This document shows positions 29,505-39,796 of a stretch of 64,000 nt of DNA, piece after piece. The stretch covers positions 2,336,001 through 2,400,000 of the forward strand of contig CAXXQS010000001.1 of the NCBI GenBank assembly GCA_963674735.2. The letters are read 5' to 3'. Under the pieces are notes generated by a model. That model made no database searches. It was given only the letters and a program-made list of their open reading frames with translations, and had not been told where the DNA came from. Positions within the stretch are counted from its first letter, which is position 1, and each line of letters starts with the position of its first letter. The position numbers and the translations under genes were made by a program. Source of the DNA: Myxococcota bacterium (GTDB lineage Bacteria > Myxococcota_A > SURF-8).

Positions 29505-29924
29505 TTAGAACGGAATATCGTCGTCTTTGTCGTTCATACCGCCGCCGAAATCCTCTTCGGGGGGAGGCGGCTCGTTGCTCGAACGCTGACCGCCACCGCG
29601 TGCACCGCCGATGAACTGCACATCGCGCGCCACGATTTCGGTGGTATAGCGGTCCTGGCCGTTGCGATCCTGCCATTTGCGCGTTTGCAGGCGTCCTTCG
29701 AGGAAAACCTCGCGGCCCTTCGACAGATACTCCGCGCTGACCTCGCCTTTACGCCCCCAAACCACGATACGGTGCCATTCGGTGCGTTCCTGGCGATCAT
29801 CACCGGTACCCCAGCTTTCGCTGGTGGCCATGTTAAACGTGCATACCGCTTGTCCGCTTTGGGTATACCGCAACTCGGGGTCCGCTCCCAGACGTCCGAG
29901 CAAAATAACCTTGTTAACACTCAT
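29505..29924 (-). CDS. ssb: Single-stranded DNA-binding protein
   Basis: [39 protein letters not shown]-terminal DDIPF. Confidence 0.98.
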   Translation of the reverse strand: MSVNKVILLGRLGADPELRYTQSGQAVCTFNMATSESWGTGDDRQERTEWHRIVVWGRKGEVSAEYLSKGREVFLEGRLQTRKWQDRNGQDRYTTEIVARDVQFIGGARGGGQRSSNEPPPPEEDFGGGMNDKDDDIPF

Positions 29925-29955
29925 TGACCCAATCCTCCAACTGGTAAGATGGGGC

Positions 29956-29983
29956 ATCATACCATCTAGCCGGGGCATGTCAA
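29956..29983 (-). promoter_or_regulatory. Sigma70-like promoter of ssb
   Basis: TTGACA-16-TATGAT on the minus strand. Confidence 0.55.
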
Positions 29984-30096
29984 GAGATGGAATTTCACCG
30001 ATTACAGACAATAATAACGGTTTTGTGATTGGGATTCCGCGATCTTTTCGCTATAATGAATGGTTGTTGAATACGAGTCTTACAACCGAGGGACGC

Positions 30097-31038
30097 ATGG
30101 GAATTGAAAAACTTTTCAAACGACGGCTCCAGTTTTTCACCGGCAAAGGCGGTGTGGGCAAATCCACCGTGGTGGCCGCACTGGGAATCAAGGCCGTACA
30201 GATGGGTAAACGTGTCCTGATCGTGGAAATCGATACCGCCTCGGCCATGAAGCGTATTTTCCAAGCCCCCTTCGTCGGCTTCGTGCCCCTGGAAGTGCTC
30301 GACAACCTGGTGGTGATCAACATCAACCCCGAAGAAGCTCTGCAGGAATACCTCGAAGAGCACGTGCGCATCCGCCGCATCGCTCATCTCATCGCCAATA
30401 ACGGCGTTCTGCGTTACTTTTTCAAAACGGCCCCGGCCGTCAACGAACTGGTTACCATCAACAAACTTCAAAGTCTCGTCAACGAACGCGACACGGCCGG
30501 AACCGCGCCGCTGTACGACCTGATCCTGGTCGATCTGCCCGCCACTGGCCACGCATTGAGTTTTCTCAAATTGACGCGCAACCTGGAGCATTTAGTGGGC
30601 AAAGGTCCGCTGTTTAAAATCTTGCTGCGCTATGACCGTCTGTTCAACGACCCGGCCCACACCGCGCTCAACCTGATCACACTGCCCGAAGATATGCCGG
30701 TGACGGAGACCATCGAGTTATACGACACCATCCGCCGAGAACTGGAAATTCCCTTCGGTGCGCTGTTCGTCAATGCCGTACCCGATGAGTTGTTCGATCC
30801 GGCCGACATCCTTCTGTTCGAACGCCTCGAAGAAGCGGCGGAACATATGCCGGAGTTCGCCGCCGCCTTCGAAACGGGACGCGCCGCCATCCAGCGCCAG
30901 AAACGCAGCCATAAACATATCGAGCGGCTGGCCAGGCGTGTGGGGCTCGATCTGGTTCGCTTGCCCAAGCTGGTACTTGAACGGCTGGATCTGGAAGCCC
31001 TGCAACAATTGGCGCGCGCCATACCCGGCCCGGCCTGA
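30097..31038 (+). CDS. ArsA/Get3-family ATPase, subunit 1 (Rv3679-like)
   Basis: TGKGGVGKST, VDLPATGH, TLPEDMPVTET, FVN. Start placed at ATG 30097. Confidence 0.85.
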   Translation: MGIEKLFKRRLQFFTGKGGVGKSTVVAALGIKAVQMGKRVLIVEIDTASAMKRIFQAPFVGFVPLEVLDNLVVININPEEALQEYLEEHVRIRRIAHLIANNGVLRYFFKTAPAVNELVTINKLQSLVNERDTAGTAPLYDLILVDLPATGHALSFLKLTRNLEHLVGKGPLFKILLRYDRLFNDPAHTALNLITLPEDMPVTETIELYDTIRRELEIPFGALFVNAVPDELFDPADILLFERLEEAAEHMPEFAAAFETGRAAIQRQKRSHKHIERLARRVGLDLVRLPKLVLERLDLEALQQLARAIPGPA

Positions 31039-31055
31039 AACGAAATCAAGATAAG

Positions 31056-32237
31056 ATGGGAGATACTGTGAGTCTGAACGACTTGATCCTGAATAAACGA
31101 TTGATCGTCTGCTGCGGTTCCGGCGGAGTCGGTAAAACGACCACGGCAGCGGCCATCGCGCTCAAAGCCGCCGTTTCCGGTCGTAAAACACTGGTCATTA
31201 CCATCGACCCGGCCCGCCGCTTGGCGCAATCTTTGGGACTCGAAGCGCTCAGCAATACCGAAACCGCCGTCGCTCCCGAACGATTCGAGAAGGCGGGACT
31301 CGCCGTTTCGGGTCAGCTTTTCGCCGCCATGCTCGACACCAAAGCGAGTTTCGATGCCCTGATCGAGCGCATCACCTCCAGCCCCGAGCAGGCAAAGCGT
31401 ATCCTCGAAAACCCCATTTACCGTCAGCTTTCCAATGCCATCGCCGGTTCGCAGGAATACGTGGCTATGGAACGGCTCAACGAAATGATGAACGAGCGCG
31501 ATTTCGATCTGGTCGTTCTCGATACCCCGCCCACCAAAAACGCCCTTGATTTCCTCAACGCCCCCAACCGGCTGGCGGCCTTTCTGGATGACGGCATCGT
31601 GAAATGGTTCCAGAAATCGAGTAAATCCGGCATGGGTTCGCTGCTTTTCCAAAAAGGCGGCGAGGTGGTGTTCAAACTGCTCGGCTTGTTAGTCGGCGAC
31701 GGCTTCGTGCGCGACCTGGCCGAGTTCTTCCAGGCGTTCAGCGGGCTCTACAGCGGATTTCGTGAACGCGCCGAACGGGTCAACCTCCTGCTGCGCGATC
31801 CCTCCACCGTCTTCCTGCTGGTCACCTCGGTCGAGCAGAACGCCCTGGCGGAAGCTTTGTACTTTCACGACCGTCTGATCGAAGCGGGCATCCCTCTGGA
31901 AGCGGTGGTCGTCAACCGCGCCTACGAGCCCACGGGCGAAACCGACATTGACCCGGTAGCGCTTTCCGATTACCTGGCCGGCGATACCGTCCGCGCCGCC
32001 CTAAAGAACTCTGCCGATTCCACGGCTGGCTTATCAAGCCTGGGGCGCAAGCTGGCCACCACGCATAATCTGGCGCAGCGACTCAACCGCATCGCCGAAG
32101 ACAACATCAACCGCGCGCGCCGCGCACTCAAAGGCGCACAAAGACTGGCTCTGGTGCCGATCTTCGCGGACGACATACACGACATCGCCGGATTGGACCG
32201 GATGAACGCGTACCTGTTCAACCCGGTCTCTTCTTAA
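31056..32237 (+). CDS. ArsA/Get3-family ATPase, subunit 2 (Rv3680-like)
   Basis: CCGSGGVGKTT, TIDPARRLA, AMLDTK, GSQEYVAMERL, DTPPTKNALDFL. Confidence 0.9.
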   Translation: MGDTVSLNDLILNKRLIVCCGSGGVGKTTTAAAIALKAAVSGRKTLVITIDPARRLAQSLGLEALSNTETAVAPERFEKAGLAVSGQLFAAMLDTKASFDALIERITSSPEQAKRILENPIYRQLSNAIAGSQEYVAMERLNEMMNERDFDLVVLDTPPTKNALDFLNAPNRLAAFLDDGIVKWFQKSSKSGMGSLLFQKGGEVVFKLLGLLVGDGFVRDLAEFFQAFSGLYSGFRERAERVNLLLRDPSTVFLLVTSVEQNALAEALYFHDRLIEAGIPLEAVVVNRAYEPTGETDIDPVALSDYLAGDTVRAALKNSADSTAGLSSLGRKLATTHNLAQRLNRIAEDNINRARRALKGAQRLALVPIFADDIHDIAGLDRMNAYLFNPVSS

Positions 32238-32285
32238 AAGCCGGTAAACCCCGTTTTCGAGATTTCAAACGGTCAGGAGTATTTC

Positions 32286-35200
32286 ATGGTTTTGTCATCC
32301 CGCTCGAATACCCGTAAGCTGTTCTGGCTCCTTTTGGCTATCTTCGTCTGCCTGCCGGTTTTTTCGGCCTGCGACGATTACACCGCCGCAACCATCGACC
32401 CCGATGCGACGGACGGTGACGGCAGCGATGGCGATACGGACGGCGAACCGGACGTGGATAGCGACGGCGATGGCGACGCCGATGGCGATGAATCGGACGG
32501 AGACTCCGACAGCGAGGGTCTGACCGATCTACTGTGGCTCGATGAAGCGCTGGACGAAGGGGATGTACGCGGCGGAATCATCCGACGCGAAACGGAATTG
32601 GTAAGCGGTCCCGAGGCGACGGGACGGATCGACGACTACAAGCTTTACAACGCCCGCGTAGCCTTCATCATCGCCGCCGCCGGTCCCGGTCGCGGCTTCG
32701 CAACCTACGGCGGTTCTATCCTCGATGCCGTGCGGATGAACGCGGACGGCAACTGGTCGGCCGACTACCTGGTGGACGCCGCGCCTTTCAGCGGTCACTT
32801 CCCCACCAGCATTCCTTTCGATGGCACCCTGCGCCAAATCAAGGTTGAGGAAGCTTCGCAAATCGAGCTGATCCACAACGGTTCGGACGGCCAGCCCGCG
32901 CATCTGCGCGTCACCGGTGCCGACTGGCCGATTCAGATGGTCGACGAACAACTCCTCGTCGCCCTCAATCCCCAGGTGGATATCACCGTCGATTATCGTC
33001 TCTCGGCCGATGACGATTTCCTACGCATCACCGTGACGGTAGCCTTGGACGACACCGCCGACCCCTTCCTCACCGAACCGTTCCGTCCCGGATTGGCGGT
33101 TTTGACCAGTGACACCCTCACGCCCTTCATGCCCGGTATGGAGCCAGCAGGACTGCCCGCTCCCAGCCTTAACAAGCCCATTCACACCCGCGAACCACTC
33201 TACGCCGCTTTTTACGGCGACCCTCTGGCTTACTTCGTCAGCGGCTACGAACCCGACGGCATCCTGGCGCAAATCTTCCCCACCGACGTTCTTTTTGCAA
33301 TGGATTCACGCGACCTGATCGCCAGCCAGGACGAATCGCCTTCCGGTAATTTGATCTTCGGCATCGCCGCGAATTCCCCCGAGTCGGCTTATCGCATCGC
33401 CCACGCGCACCATCTTGCCGTGGACTCGGAAGCCGCGGATGATCCGGGTACGGTTAGCGGGACGCTGGCTCTAATGAGCGAATTCGGCGATACCCGCGTG
33501 GAGGTGCTGGCCACGGGTATCGAGTACATCGACGACGACGAAGATAAGCCGCGCGAATACATCCAGGCGCTCACCTGGATGGGAGCGGACGACGCTCTGG
33601 AGTTGTCGCTGCCGCAAGGCGATTGGTCGTTGTTTACCCGCAACCAGTGGGGGGAGTTATCCGACCCGCTGCCCGTCAGCGTCAGCGCCGGACAACCGCT
33701 CGAAGCCGGGGCCCTCAATCCGCCGCCGCGTCCGGCGTTGGTGACGGTAGCGGTGTTGGAACGCCCCGCCAACGGAGCCGACGACGATCCTTCTCCCGTG
33801 TCCGCACGGGTGGATATTTTCGATGGCGAGCTGGACATTCAACCGGGCTTTACCCTCCCCGAAGGCATGGAACCCCTGGCCACCGTCATCACTCACGAAG
33901 GTGAAACCTCCGTCACCGTTCCCGTACCGCATGGCGGCGGCGACGCACGGCCCTTTACTTTTGTGGCCTCACGCGGTTCTTTCTACACGATCGCCACGGC
34001 CGTAGCCGACATTCAAACCGGCCTCGGGCCGGGTGAAACGCAGGGAGCCGAATTGATCATCGAACGGGTGGTAGATCCCGGCATGGACTTGCCGTCCGGC
34101 ACGCAACGCTACCTGCACCCCGTCGACCTGCTAGTCCGTTCGGAACGCTCTTTAACGTCGCAGATCGTCCAAAGCGACCGCCTGTGGCAAGCCGCAGCGG
34201 AAGGCTTGGAAATGATCGTAGCCGCCGACCTGGCCACCGTAACCGACTACACCTCCGCACTCGACGAAACAGGGCTGACCGAGCTGGTGCATCCCGTCTT
34301 TGTTTTCCCCGGCCTAACCGTCGCCCCGACCTGGTCGCAGTTCAGCGGGCTGAACGTCGGTGTTCCCGCCGAAGCGGCCGCTTATTTCGACATTCCGGTC
34401 ATCAGCTACTCACCTACCGGTTCGGCCAACGGTCGCCGCGTAGCTCCCGATATTCAGGCGGACCTAAGCGCCGACGACGGTTACGCCGCCTCGCTGGTGC
34501 AGATCAACCGACCGCGCGGTCCCGAGGACAGCGACGGTTTCTTCGACTTCTTCGGCGACGGTAGCGATGGAGATCCGGCACCCTACGACCCGCATACGGG
34601 CATTTCGTCCTTGCGGCTCGAAGTCCGAAACACATTGGAGGAATGGCAAACCCTGGAAGGGCTGTCGGGCGCGATGGCCTTTGCCGATACCTACTCAACG
34701 CTGCAAGACTGGTTCTCGCTTTTATCTCAGGGTATCTTCAAACCGCTCACCGGCTCTTCAAATCTCGATGGATCGAGCACGGCGGGTTTCGGCTGGGCGC
34801 GCACCCTGATCTTAAGCGACCAACAGTATCTCAACAAAACGCGTGCTGAAGCCCTGTTCGGCGAGTTAGCGGCCGGTCACGCAATCGTCACCGGCGGTCC
34901 GACCCTGCATGTGAGCCTGGGAGACGCTCTGCCCGGCGACACCTACACGATCGCCGACCCGAGCGAAGCCGACGTCCGGCTCGATGTTGCGTTGAAGCTG
35001 CAGGCCCCGGCCTGGATGTCGGTACGACATCTGTACGTCTGTATCAACGGCAACCGCATGGACAGCACCTACGAATACATCCCCAACACCACGGAAGCCG
35101 TCCGCTTCGACGGCAACATGACAATCCGCCTGCCGCGTCAGGAAAACGGCGACACACCGCCCTACCAGGATTCGTGGCTGGTGGCGATGGCGTTCGGACG

Positions 35201-35453
35201 CGACATCCATCCACTCGATCCGCTGTATCCGGGTAAGCCGTCGTTCGCCATCTCCAATCCCATTTTCGTAGAGGCCGATGGCCAGGAAGGATACAGCGGG
35301 CCGCCCTTGACCGGCGAGGGAGAAAGCTTCCGGCCCTACTGCATCAGCGAGAATCTGTGCGACTTTTTCGCCGCCTACGAGGAGGACCGCCCCACCGCCA
35401 CGGCGCTTGACGAATGCTGCGCGCTCTTCCCCGACAAGGCTTACTGCCAGTAG
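32286..35453 (+). CDS. Large lipoprotein with DGD linker and degenerate PHP (CehA/McbA-like) domain
   Basis: Lipobox VFSAC; GR.DD..LYN.RV..II..YGGSILDA N-domain; ASRG..Y; DWFSLL..G; RT; QAPAW; DSWLV; AISNPIFV. Confidence 0.72.
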   Translation: MVLSSRSNTRKLFWLLLAIFVCLPVFSACDDYTAATIDPDATDGDGSDGDTDGEPDVDSDGDGDADGDESDGDSDSEGLTDLLWLDEALDEGDVRGGIIRRETELVSGPEATGRIDDYKLYNARVAFIIAAAGPGRGFATYGGSILDAVRMNADGNWSADYLVDAAPFSGHFPTSIPFDGTLRQIKVEEASQIELIHNGSDGQPAHLRVTGADWPIQMVDEQLLVALNPQVDITVDYRLSADDDFLRITVTVALDDTADPFLTEPFRPGLAVLTSDTLTPFMPGMEPAGLPAPSLNKPIHTREPLYAAFYGDPLAYFVSGYEPDGILAQIFPTDVLFAMDSRDLIASQDESPSGNLIFGIAANSPESAYRIAHAHHLAVDSEAADDPGTVSGTLALMSEFGDTRVEVLATGIEYIDDDEDKPREYIQALTWMGADDALELSLPQGDWSLFTRNQWGELSDPLPVSVSAGQPLEAGALNPPPRPALVTVAVLERPANGADDDPSPVSARVDIFDGELDIQPGFTLPEGMEPLATVITHEGETSVTVPVPHGGGDARPFTFVASRGSFYTIATAVADIQTGLGPGETQGAELIIERVVDPGMDLPSGTQRYLHPVDLLVRSERSLTSQIVQSDRLWQAAAEGLEMIVAADLATVTDYTSALDETGLTELVHPVFVFPGLTVAPTWSQFSGLNVGVPAEAAAYFDIPVISYSPTGSANGRRVAPDIQADLSADDGYAASLVQINRPRGPEDSDGFFDFFGDGSDGDPAPYDPHTGISSLRLEVRNTLEEWQTLEGLSGAMAFADTYSTLQDWFSLLSQGIFKPLTGSSNLDGSSTAGFGWARTLILSDQQYLNKTRAEALFGELAAGHAIVTGGPTLHVSLGDALPGDTYTIADPSEADVRLDVALKLQAPAWMSVRHLYVCINGNRMDSTYEYIPNTTEAVRFDGNMTIRLPRQENGDTPPYQDSWLVAMAFGRDIHPLDPLYPGKPSFAISNPIFVEADGQEGYSGPPLTGEGESFRPYCISENLCDFFAAYEEDRPTATALDECCALFPDKAYCQ

Positions 35454-35483
35454 AAAGCGAGATTCGACCTAAGCGGAACGGGG

Positions 35484-38084
35484 TTATTCGGAACAGGCCT
35501 CCTGTGTGAGATCGACCAGACACGACCCGCCCTTGCAACTGACCGTCAGGGTTCCATTGACCGGGTTGGACGAAAGCTGGCAGGAGCCGTCTTCGACAGG
35601 CAGAGCCGAGATCGACTCCCCACTGAATTCGCAGCTATGAACATCGTTCATCAGAATGATGGGTTCGCCGGTCGCGGTTCGAACCGTGAACGTGCAAGTT
35701 TCTGCGTTGGCCACCAGCACCTCGATGATTTGATTCGAATCAAGGAAATAGTCTGCGCAGGCTCCCTCCCCGGCTTGAACGGTTTCCGTACAGTAGATCC
35801 CCGCGAATGAGGCACATTCCCCAACACAATTCAGAGTGTCACTGTCGCCATCCACATCGCCATCGGTCGAACATCCGTCCGTGATCGAAAACACCGAACA
35901 ATGTTCATCCGTTCCATCCTCGTTGGGGTTCAAAGGATCCGTAATCCAGTTGTTTTCCGGATACCAGAATTTATATACCTGTTGGCCACAATCGAGGTTA
36001 TTCACGGTGGCGCTAAATAAGTTGCCTCCGATTTGTTGCATAATAATACCGGTTGATGGGTTCCAGGGAGAAGCCTGGAAATCACCAACGATTTTAATGG
36101 GTTTCGATACTTCTTCCGACTCGATATAGTAGAAGGTGGCCGAGCGACCCTCGACAACCGGTGAGACCGTCGGCAGATCGCCATCCGTGTCACCGTCGAC
36201 ATCTCCATCGACATCCCCATCCGTATCGGGAAGCCCCTCGGTCAGATAGGTACAGTCGGGGTCGTCAAAGTCCGTCAGACCATCCGAGTCATTGTCCTTG
36301 CCATCTGTACAGAAAAACTCCGGTTCACAGACAAAAGTTCCAAAGCACGCTTCCGGCTGACTGCAATTGTTCTGAGCGCAGGTAATGCATTCCGGCCTTA
36401 CATTCGGACCTTCTTCCTGGCAGTCTTGATTGCAAAATTGCTGAACGCAATTCGAATAGCATTCCATGCAGCCCGATCCAACCGTCTCGTTGCAGGTATT
36501 GCTGGTTGTCCGATTAAAACAAGTCGCCCAGAAATCCAACGACGCAATCGCCCCCAGAACATCCAAGCCGGTGCAAGCGCCCGCCTCACCAACCTGGGCA
36601 AAGCAAGCCAAATCCGCACAGTCGGTATTGCCATTGCCGTCGTCATCCACGTTGTCCGCACAAACCAACTCATACCCGTTCATATGCCCGCGCACGCAAC
36701 GCAGGTGGTCGGCATTTACGGACTGTGCGATTTCCGCACTCATAAATTCCATACCGAAACCCTGGGTTCGGGAAGGAGCCGCCGTCGGTCCGATCAGACC
36801 GTTTTTCCAGTACGGTCCACCCGATTTGGAACAAGAGGGGCAATCGGGTCGACAGTTGGCGGTCGGACACCCATTATTGTGCAGAGTACAACTTCCACCG
36901 AAGGCCTGCGTCGGGCAGTCATCCACCAACGTCCGCAACGCATCGATGGACGGCAGACGCCAGTCGCTGAAGCCACCCCAGTCCAAATCGTCGCAATAGG
37001 CCATGTTGTTTTGCAGCGACCCCGAGGCGGATTGGGGAGTATGGTCGGGAAGATAGCGGCTCGGATTCTGCCAGGAGAGGCCGGTTTCCGAATCGTTGAA
37101 CACGAAGTCGCAAGCGTCGCCGACGCCGTCATCATTGCTGTCCGCCTGGTCGTCATTGGCGATCCACCAGCAGTTGTCATCCGCATTGGCGACGGAATCG
37201 AAATCGGAATCGAGCACGCGATTCAGATCCGGAACGGCGGCGCTCGATCCCAACTCATCGAAACGGCTCGCCAGATCGGCCTTAATACTATCCGGAATCA
37301 GATAATTCGCTGCGTCGCCATTTGCAAGTTCACGCGGGAGCTGTTGCGCTTCCACCAGACTCACAACCGTGCTATGGCTGATCTCCCCGTCCGACGCCAG
37401 ATCAGCGGAGATGCCGTTGATGAGTTCCTGCAGGGCGGCGTCCGGCGAACCCGGGCTTCTCAAACGGGCGGCATGGGACAAAACGGACGACACCGCGAAC
37501 AGATAGGCGTTGGCCAACGTATCGCCTCCCTGCAAGGTCAGTTCGATAGCCGGATCGTCGAGCGTCAAGTTCGTGGGTCCGATCGGCAGGGCGGCAACCA
37601 GCTCGGCCTCGGCCTGTTCGATGGCTGCGGCCAGATCTTTCCCGGCCTGCACGAGATTCTTGACGCGGCTATAGGTCAGATGGGTCAGCAGGTTCAGGTG
37701 CGCGTTCTGTGCACCCTCGCTGCGAATCTCGTAAAAAGCACGCAAGGTCAGATTGGCACCGGACAAATCACCGGTAACTTCATTGTAATAAAACCCGCTG
37801 CCTTCCAGCGAAACGAAACCGGCCGCCTCGAAGTTAACGCTGAACTCCCCCAAATCATTAATGGTTTGCGTGGTGAATTGTTGACCGCTCGGATTACCTT
37901 CGGCATCGACCGGTGCAATCGTGATGCTGGATCCTAAAACGAACGGTCCCTTTTCCACCGATCCATCCAGTTGGACCTTTACCGGCTTCAAGTTATCGTC
38001 GCCATCGCTGCTGGAACTACAAGCCAACGGCAATAAAAGAGTCCCTGCACAAAGCACGATAATCAGACGACTTATCCGCAACAT
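35484..38084 (-). CDS. Multidomain Cys/Asp-rich lipoprotein (TSP3-like repeat, DUF1566/Lcl, CxDGxDNDxDG repeats, CBM48-like module)
   Basis: Lipobox LPLAC; GSVEKGPFVLGS; DDNC..N.DQADS.DDGVGDAC; DSETGLSWQ..YCDDL..GGFSDWRLPS; VGDF..W..YKF..WITDPLNP. Confidence 0.75.
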   Translation of the reverse strand: MLRISRLIIVLCAGTLLLPLACSSSSDGDDNLKPVKVQLDGSVEKGPFVLGSSITIAPVDAEGNPSGQQFTTQTINDLGEFSVNFEAAGFVSLEGSGFYYNEVTGDLSGANLTLRAFYEIRSEGAQNAHLNLLTHLTYSRVKNLVQAGKDLAAAIEQAEAELVAALPIGPTNLTLDDPAIELTLQGGDTLANAYLFAVSSVLSHAARLRSPGSPDAALQELINGISADLASDGEISHSTVVSLVEAQQLPRELANGDAANYLIPDSIKADLASRFDELGSSAAVPDLNRVLDSDFDSVANADDNCWWIANDDQADSNDDGVGDACDFVFNDSETGLSWQNPSRYLPDHTPQSASGSLQNNMAYCDDLDWGGFSDWRLPSIDALRTLVDDCPTQAFGGSCTLHNNGCPTANCRPDCPSCSKSGGPYWKNGLIGPTAAPSRTQGFGMEFMSAEIAQSVNADHLRCVRGHMNGYELVCADNVDDDGNGNTDCADLACFAQVGEAGACTGLDVLGAIASLDFWATCFNRTTSNTCNETVGSGCMECYSNCVQQFCNQDCQEEGPNVRPECITCAQNNCSQPEACFGTFVCEPEFFCTDGKDNDSDGLTDFDDPDCTYLTEGLPDTDGDVDGDVDGDTDGDLPTVSPVVEGRSATFYYIESEEVSKPIKIVGDFQASPWNPSTGIIMQQIGGNLFSATVNNLDCGQQVYKFWYPENNWITDPLNPNEDGTDEHCSVFSITDGCSTDGDVDGDSDTLNCVGECASFAGIYCTETVQAGEGACADYFLDSNQIIEVLVANAETCTFTVRTATGEPIILMNDVHSCEFSGESISALPVEDGSCQLSSNPVNGTLTVSCKGGSCLVDLTQEACSE

Positions 38085-38282
38085 GTTTCCACCTTTGATT
38101 CTCTATTTAGAAGTAATGCTCCAACATAACACCGGAATTTGAAAATGCAAACGATATCCTAACCACTGGCGTGAGGATAAGAGTAAGGCCGTTCGTGGGA
38201 AACGCGCATCGATGTTCGGTCGGACGGCAATCGATCGACTTATGTACCGACAAATCGGATTCGGCACAGCGGGAATCAAATC

Positions 38283-38320
38283 AAAAGAAGCGTCCCGGCC
38301 TGATGGTCGGGACGCTTTTT
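38283..38320. terminator. Bidirectional-type intrinsic terminator after cysK
   Basis: AAAAGAAGCGTCCCGGCC-TGAT-GGTCGGGACGCTTTTTT. Confidence 0.8.
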
Positions 38321-38344
38321 TGGCTTTATGGAGATTGTACGACT

Positions 38345-39268
38345 TTAGCTGAATAGGGGCGTGGAAAGGTAGCGTTCACCATTGGAAGGCACGATGGTAA
38401 CGATCAGCTTACCCGTCATTTCAGGACGCGCCGCAAGCTGCATCGCGGCGAAGATGTTGGCTCCCGACGAAATACCCACCAGCAGTCCCTCTTCCTTGGC
38501 GGCCCGGCGGGCGGTTTCGAAAGCCTGCTCACCGCTGACGGTCAGCACCTCGTCAATGACATCCATATTCAGGATCTCAGGTTTGAACCCGGCTCCGATA
38601 CCTTGGATCTTGTGCGGCCCGGGCGAACCGCCCGACAAGACGGGTGAATCGGTCGGTTCCACCGCGTAAGCCTTGAAATCGGGCTTACGCGATTTGATCA
38701 CTTCGCTGACGCCGGTGATGGTGCCGCCGGTCCCCACACCCGCCACCAGGGCATCCACTGTGCCCTCGGTATCGGCCCAGATTTCCTCGGCCGTGGTCAG
38801 ACGATGAATTTCCGGATTGGCCGGATTCTTGAATTGCTGCGGAAGATAGAAGCGTTTGGGATCCTGGGCGGCAATGGCTTCGGCCTTTTCGATAGCCCCG
38901 CGCATTCCTTCGCCGCCGGAAGTCAGGACCAGTTCCGCACCATAGGCATTAAGCAAGGCTCGGCGTTCGTTGCTCATGGTTTCGGGCATGGTCAGGATGC
39001 ACGAATACCCCCGCGCCGCAGCGACAAACGCCAAGGCAATACCGGTATTACCCGAAGTGGGCTCGACGATCGTCATTCCCGGTTTGAGCGCGCCGCTTTT
39101 CTCGGCGGCAACGATCATGTTCAGCCCGATCCGGTCTTTCACGCTTCCGGCAGGATTGTAGAATTCCAGTTTGGCAAGCACGGTTGCAGGCAAGCCTTGG
39201 GTCAAGCGATTCAGTTTCACCAAAGGCGTACGGCCAACCAGTTCAGTCACGTTATTGGCTATATTCAT
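38345..39268 (-). CDS. cysK: Cysteine synthase A
   Basis: [51 protein letters not shown]. Confidence 0.97.
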   Translation of the reverse strand: MNIANNVTELVGRTPLVKLNRLTQGLPATVLAKLEFYNPAGSVKDRIGLNMIVAAEKSGALKPGMTIVEPTSGNTGIALAFVAAARGYSCILTMPETMSNERRALLNAYGAELVLTSGGEGMRGAIEKAEAIAAQDPKRFYLPQQFKNPANPEIHRLTTAEEIWADTEGTVDALVAGVGTGGTITGVSEVIKSRKPDFKAYAVEPTDSPVLSGGSPGPHKIQGIGAGFKPEILNMDVIDEVLTVSGEQAFETARRAAKEEGLLVGISSGANIFAAMQLAARPEMTGKLIVTIVPSNGERYLSTPLFS

Positions 39269-39324
39269 CCGTTTTCTCCTTCATACCGAAATCGCCCAGA
39301 GGACGCTCCGGTCTTATGCGGCAC

Positions 39325-39780
39325 TCAAATGTGGTAGATGATCGCTTCGGTACGGTCTCGGATCATATCGCGCTGGCGGTCCGCCAGATCGCGCAAGGTC
39401 TTGTTATCCAGGATATTATTGATGGCATCATAGATATCGCGCCACAGTTCGTGAGTCGCGCAGCCGCAACAGAGCATATTGCTACACGGTTCCTGGTTGT
39501 CGGCGCATTCCACCGGCGCGGGCGATCCTTCCAACGCGCGCACGATTTCACTCAGGCTGATCTCTTCGGGGGCCTTGGCCAGGCTGTAGCCTCCGCGCGC
39601 CCCCCGCACACCACGCAACAGACCCGCTGCACGTAAAGGCGTTACCAACTGTTCGAGATATTTCAAGGATACATTCTGCCGCTTGGCAACATCTTTTAGC
39701 AGGATGGCTCCATTCCCGTAGCTCATCGCCAGATCCATCATCGCGCGCATTCCGTAACGTCCACGTGTCGAAAGTTTCAT
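39325..39780 (-). CDS. Rrf2 family transcriptional regulator (IscR/CymR-like, Cys-rich)
   Basis: MKLSTRGRYG, YLEQL, RGARGGY.L, LEG, C-x6-C-x4-CC-x-C..H.LW. Confidence 0.93.
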   Translation of the reverse strand: MKLSTRGRYGMRAMMDLAMSYGNGAILLKDVAKRQNVSLKYLEQLVTPLRAAGLLRGVRGARGGYSLAKAPEEISLSEIVRALEGSPAPVECADNQEPCSNMLCCGCATHELWRDIYDAINNILDNKTLRDLADRQRDMIRDRTEAIIYHI

Positions 39781-39796
39781 TGCCGCCCTCGCCTTT

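Noticed and set aside
29662-30096. N-terminal extension of the first ArsA-like ORF in the ORF track
   Set aside because: It overlaps ssb and its promoter on the opposite strand; family similarity begins at ATG 30097.
30097-32237. Arsenic resistance call for the ArsA-like pair
   Set aside because: No arsB/acr3/arsC/arsD/arsR nearby and no recognisable metalloid-binding Cys set; motifs fit the Rv3679/Rv3680 type.
36426-37937. 503-aa plus-strand ORF, and similar long antisense ORFs at 2404-3444, 4733-5692, 25721-26758, 30630-31652, 40388-41395, 48941-50326 and 53842-54738
   Set aside because: They lie antisense to well-supported genes and carry no motifs; such shadow ORFs are expected from GC-rich codon bias.
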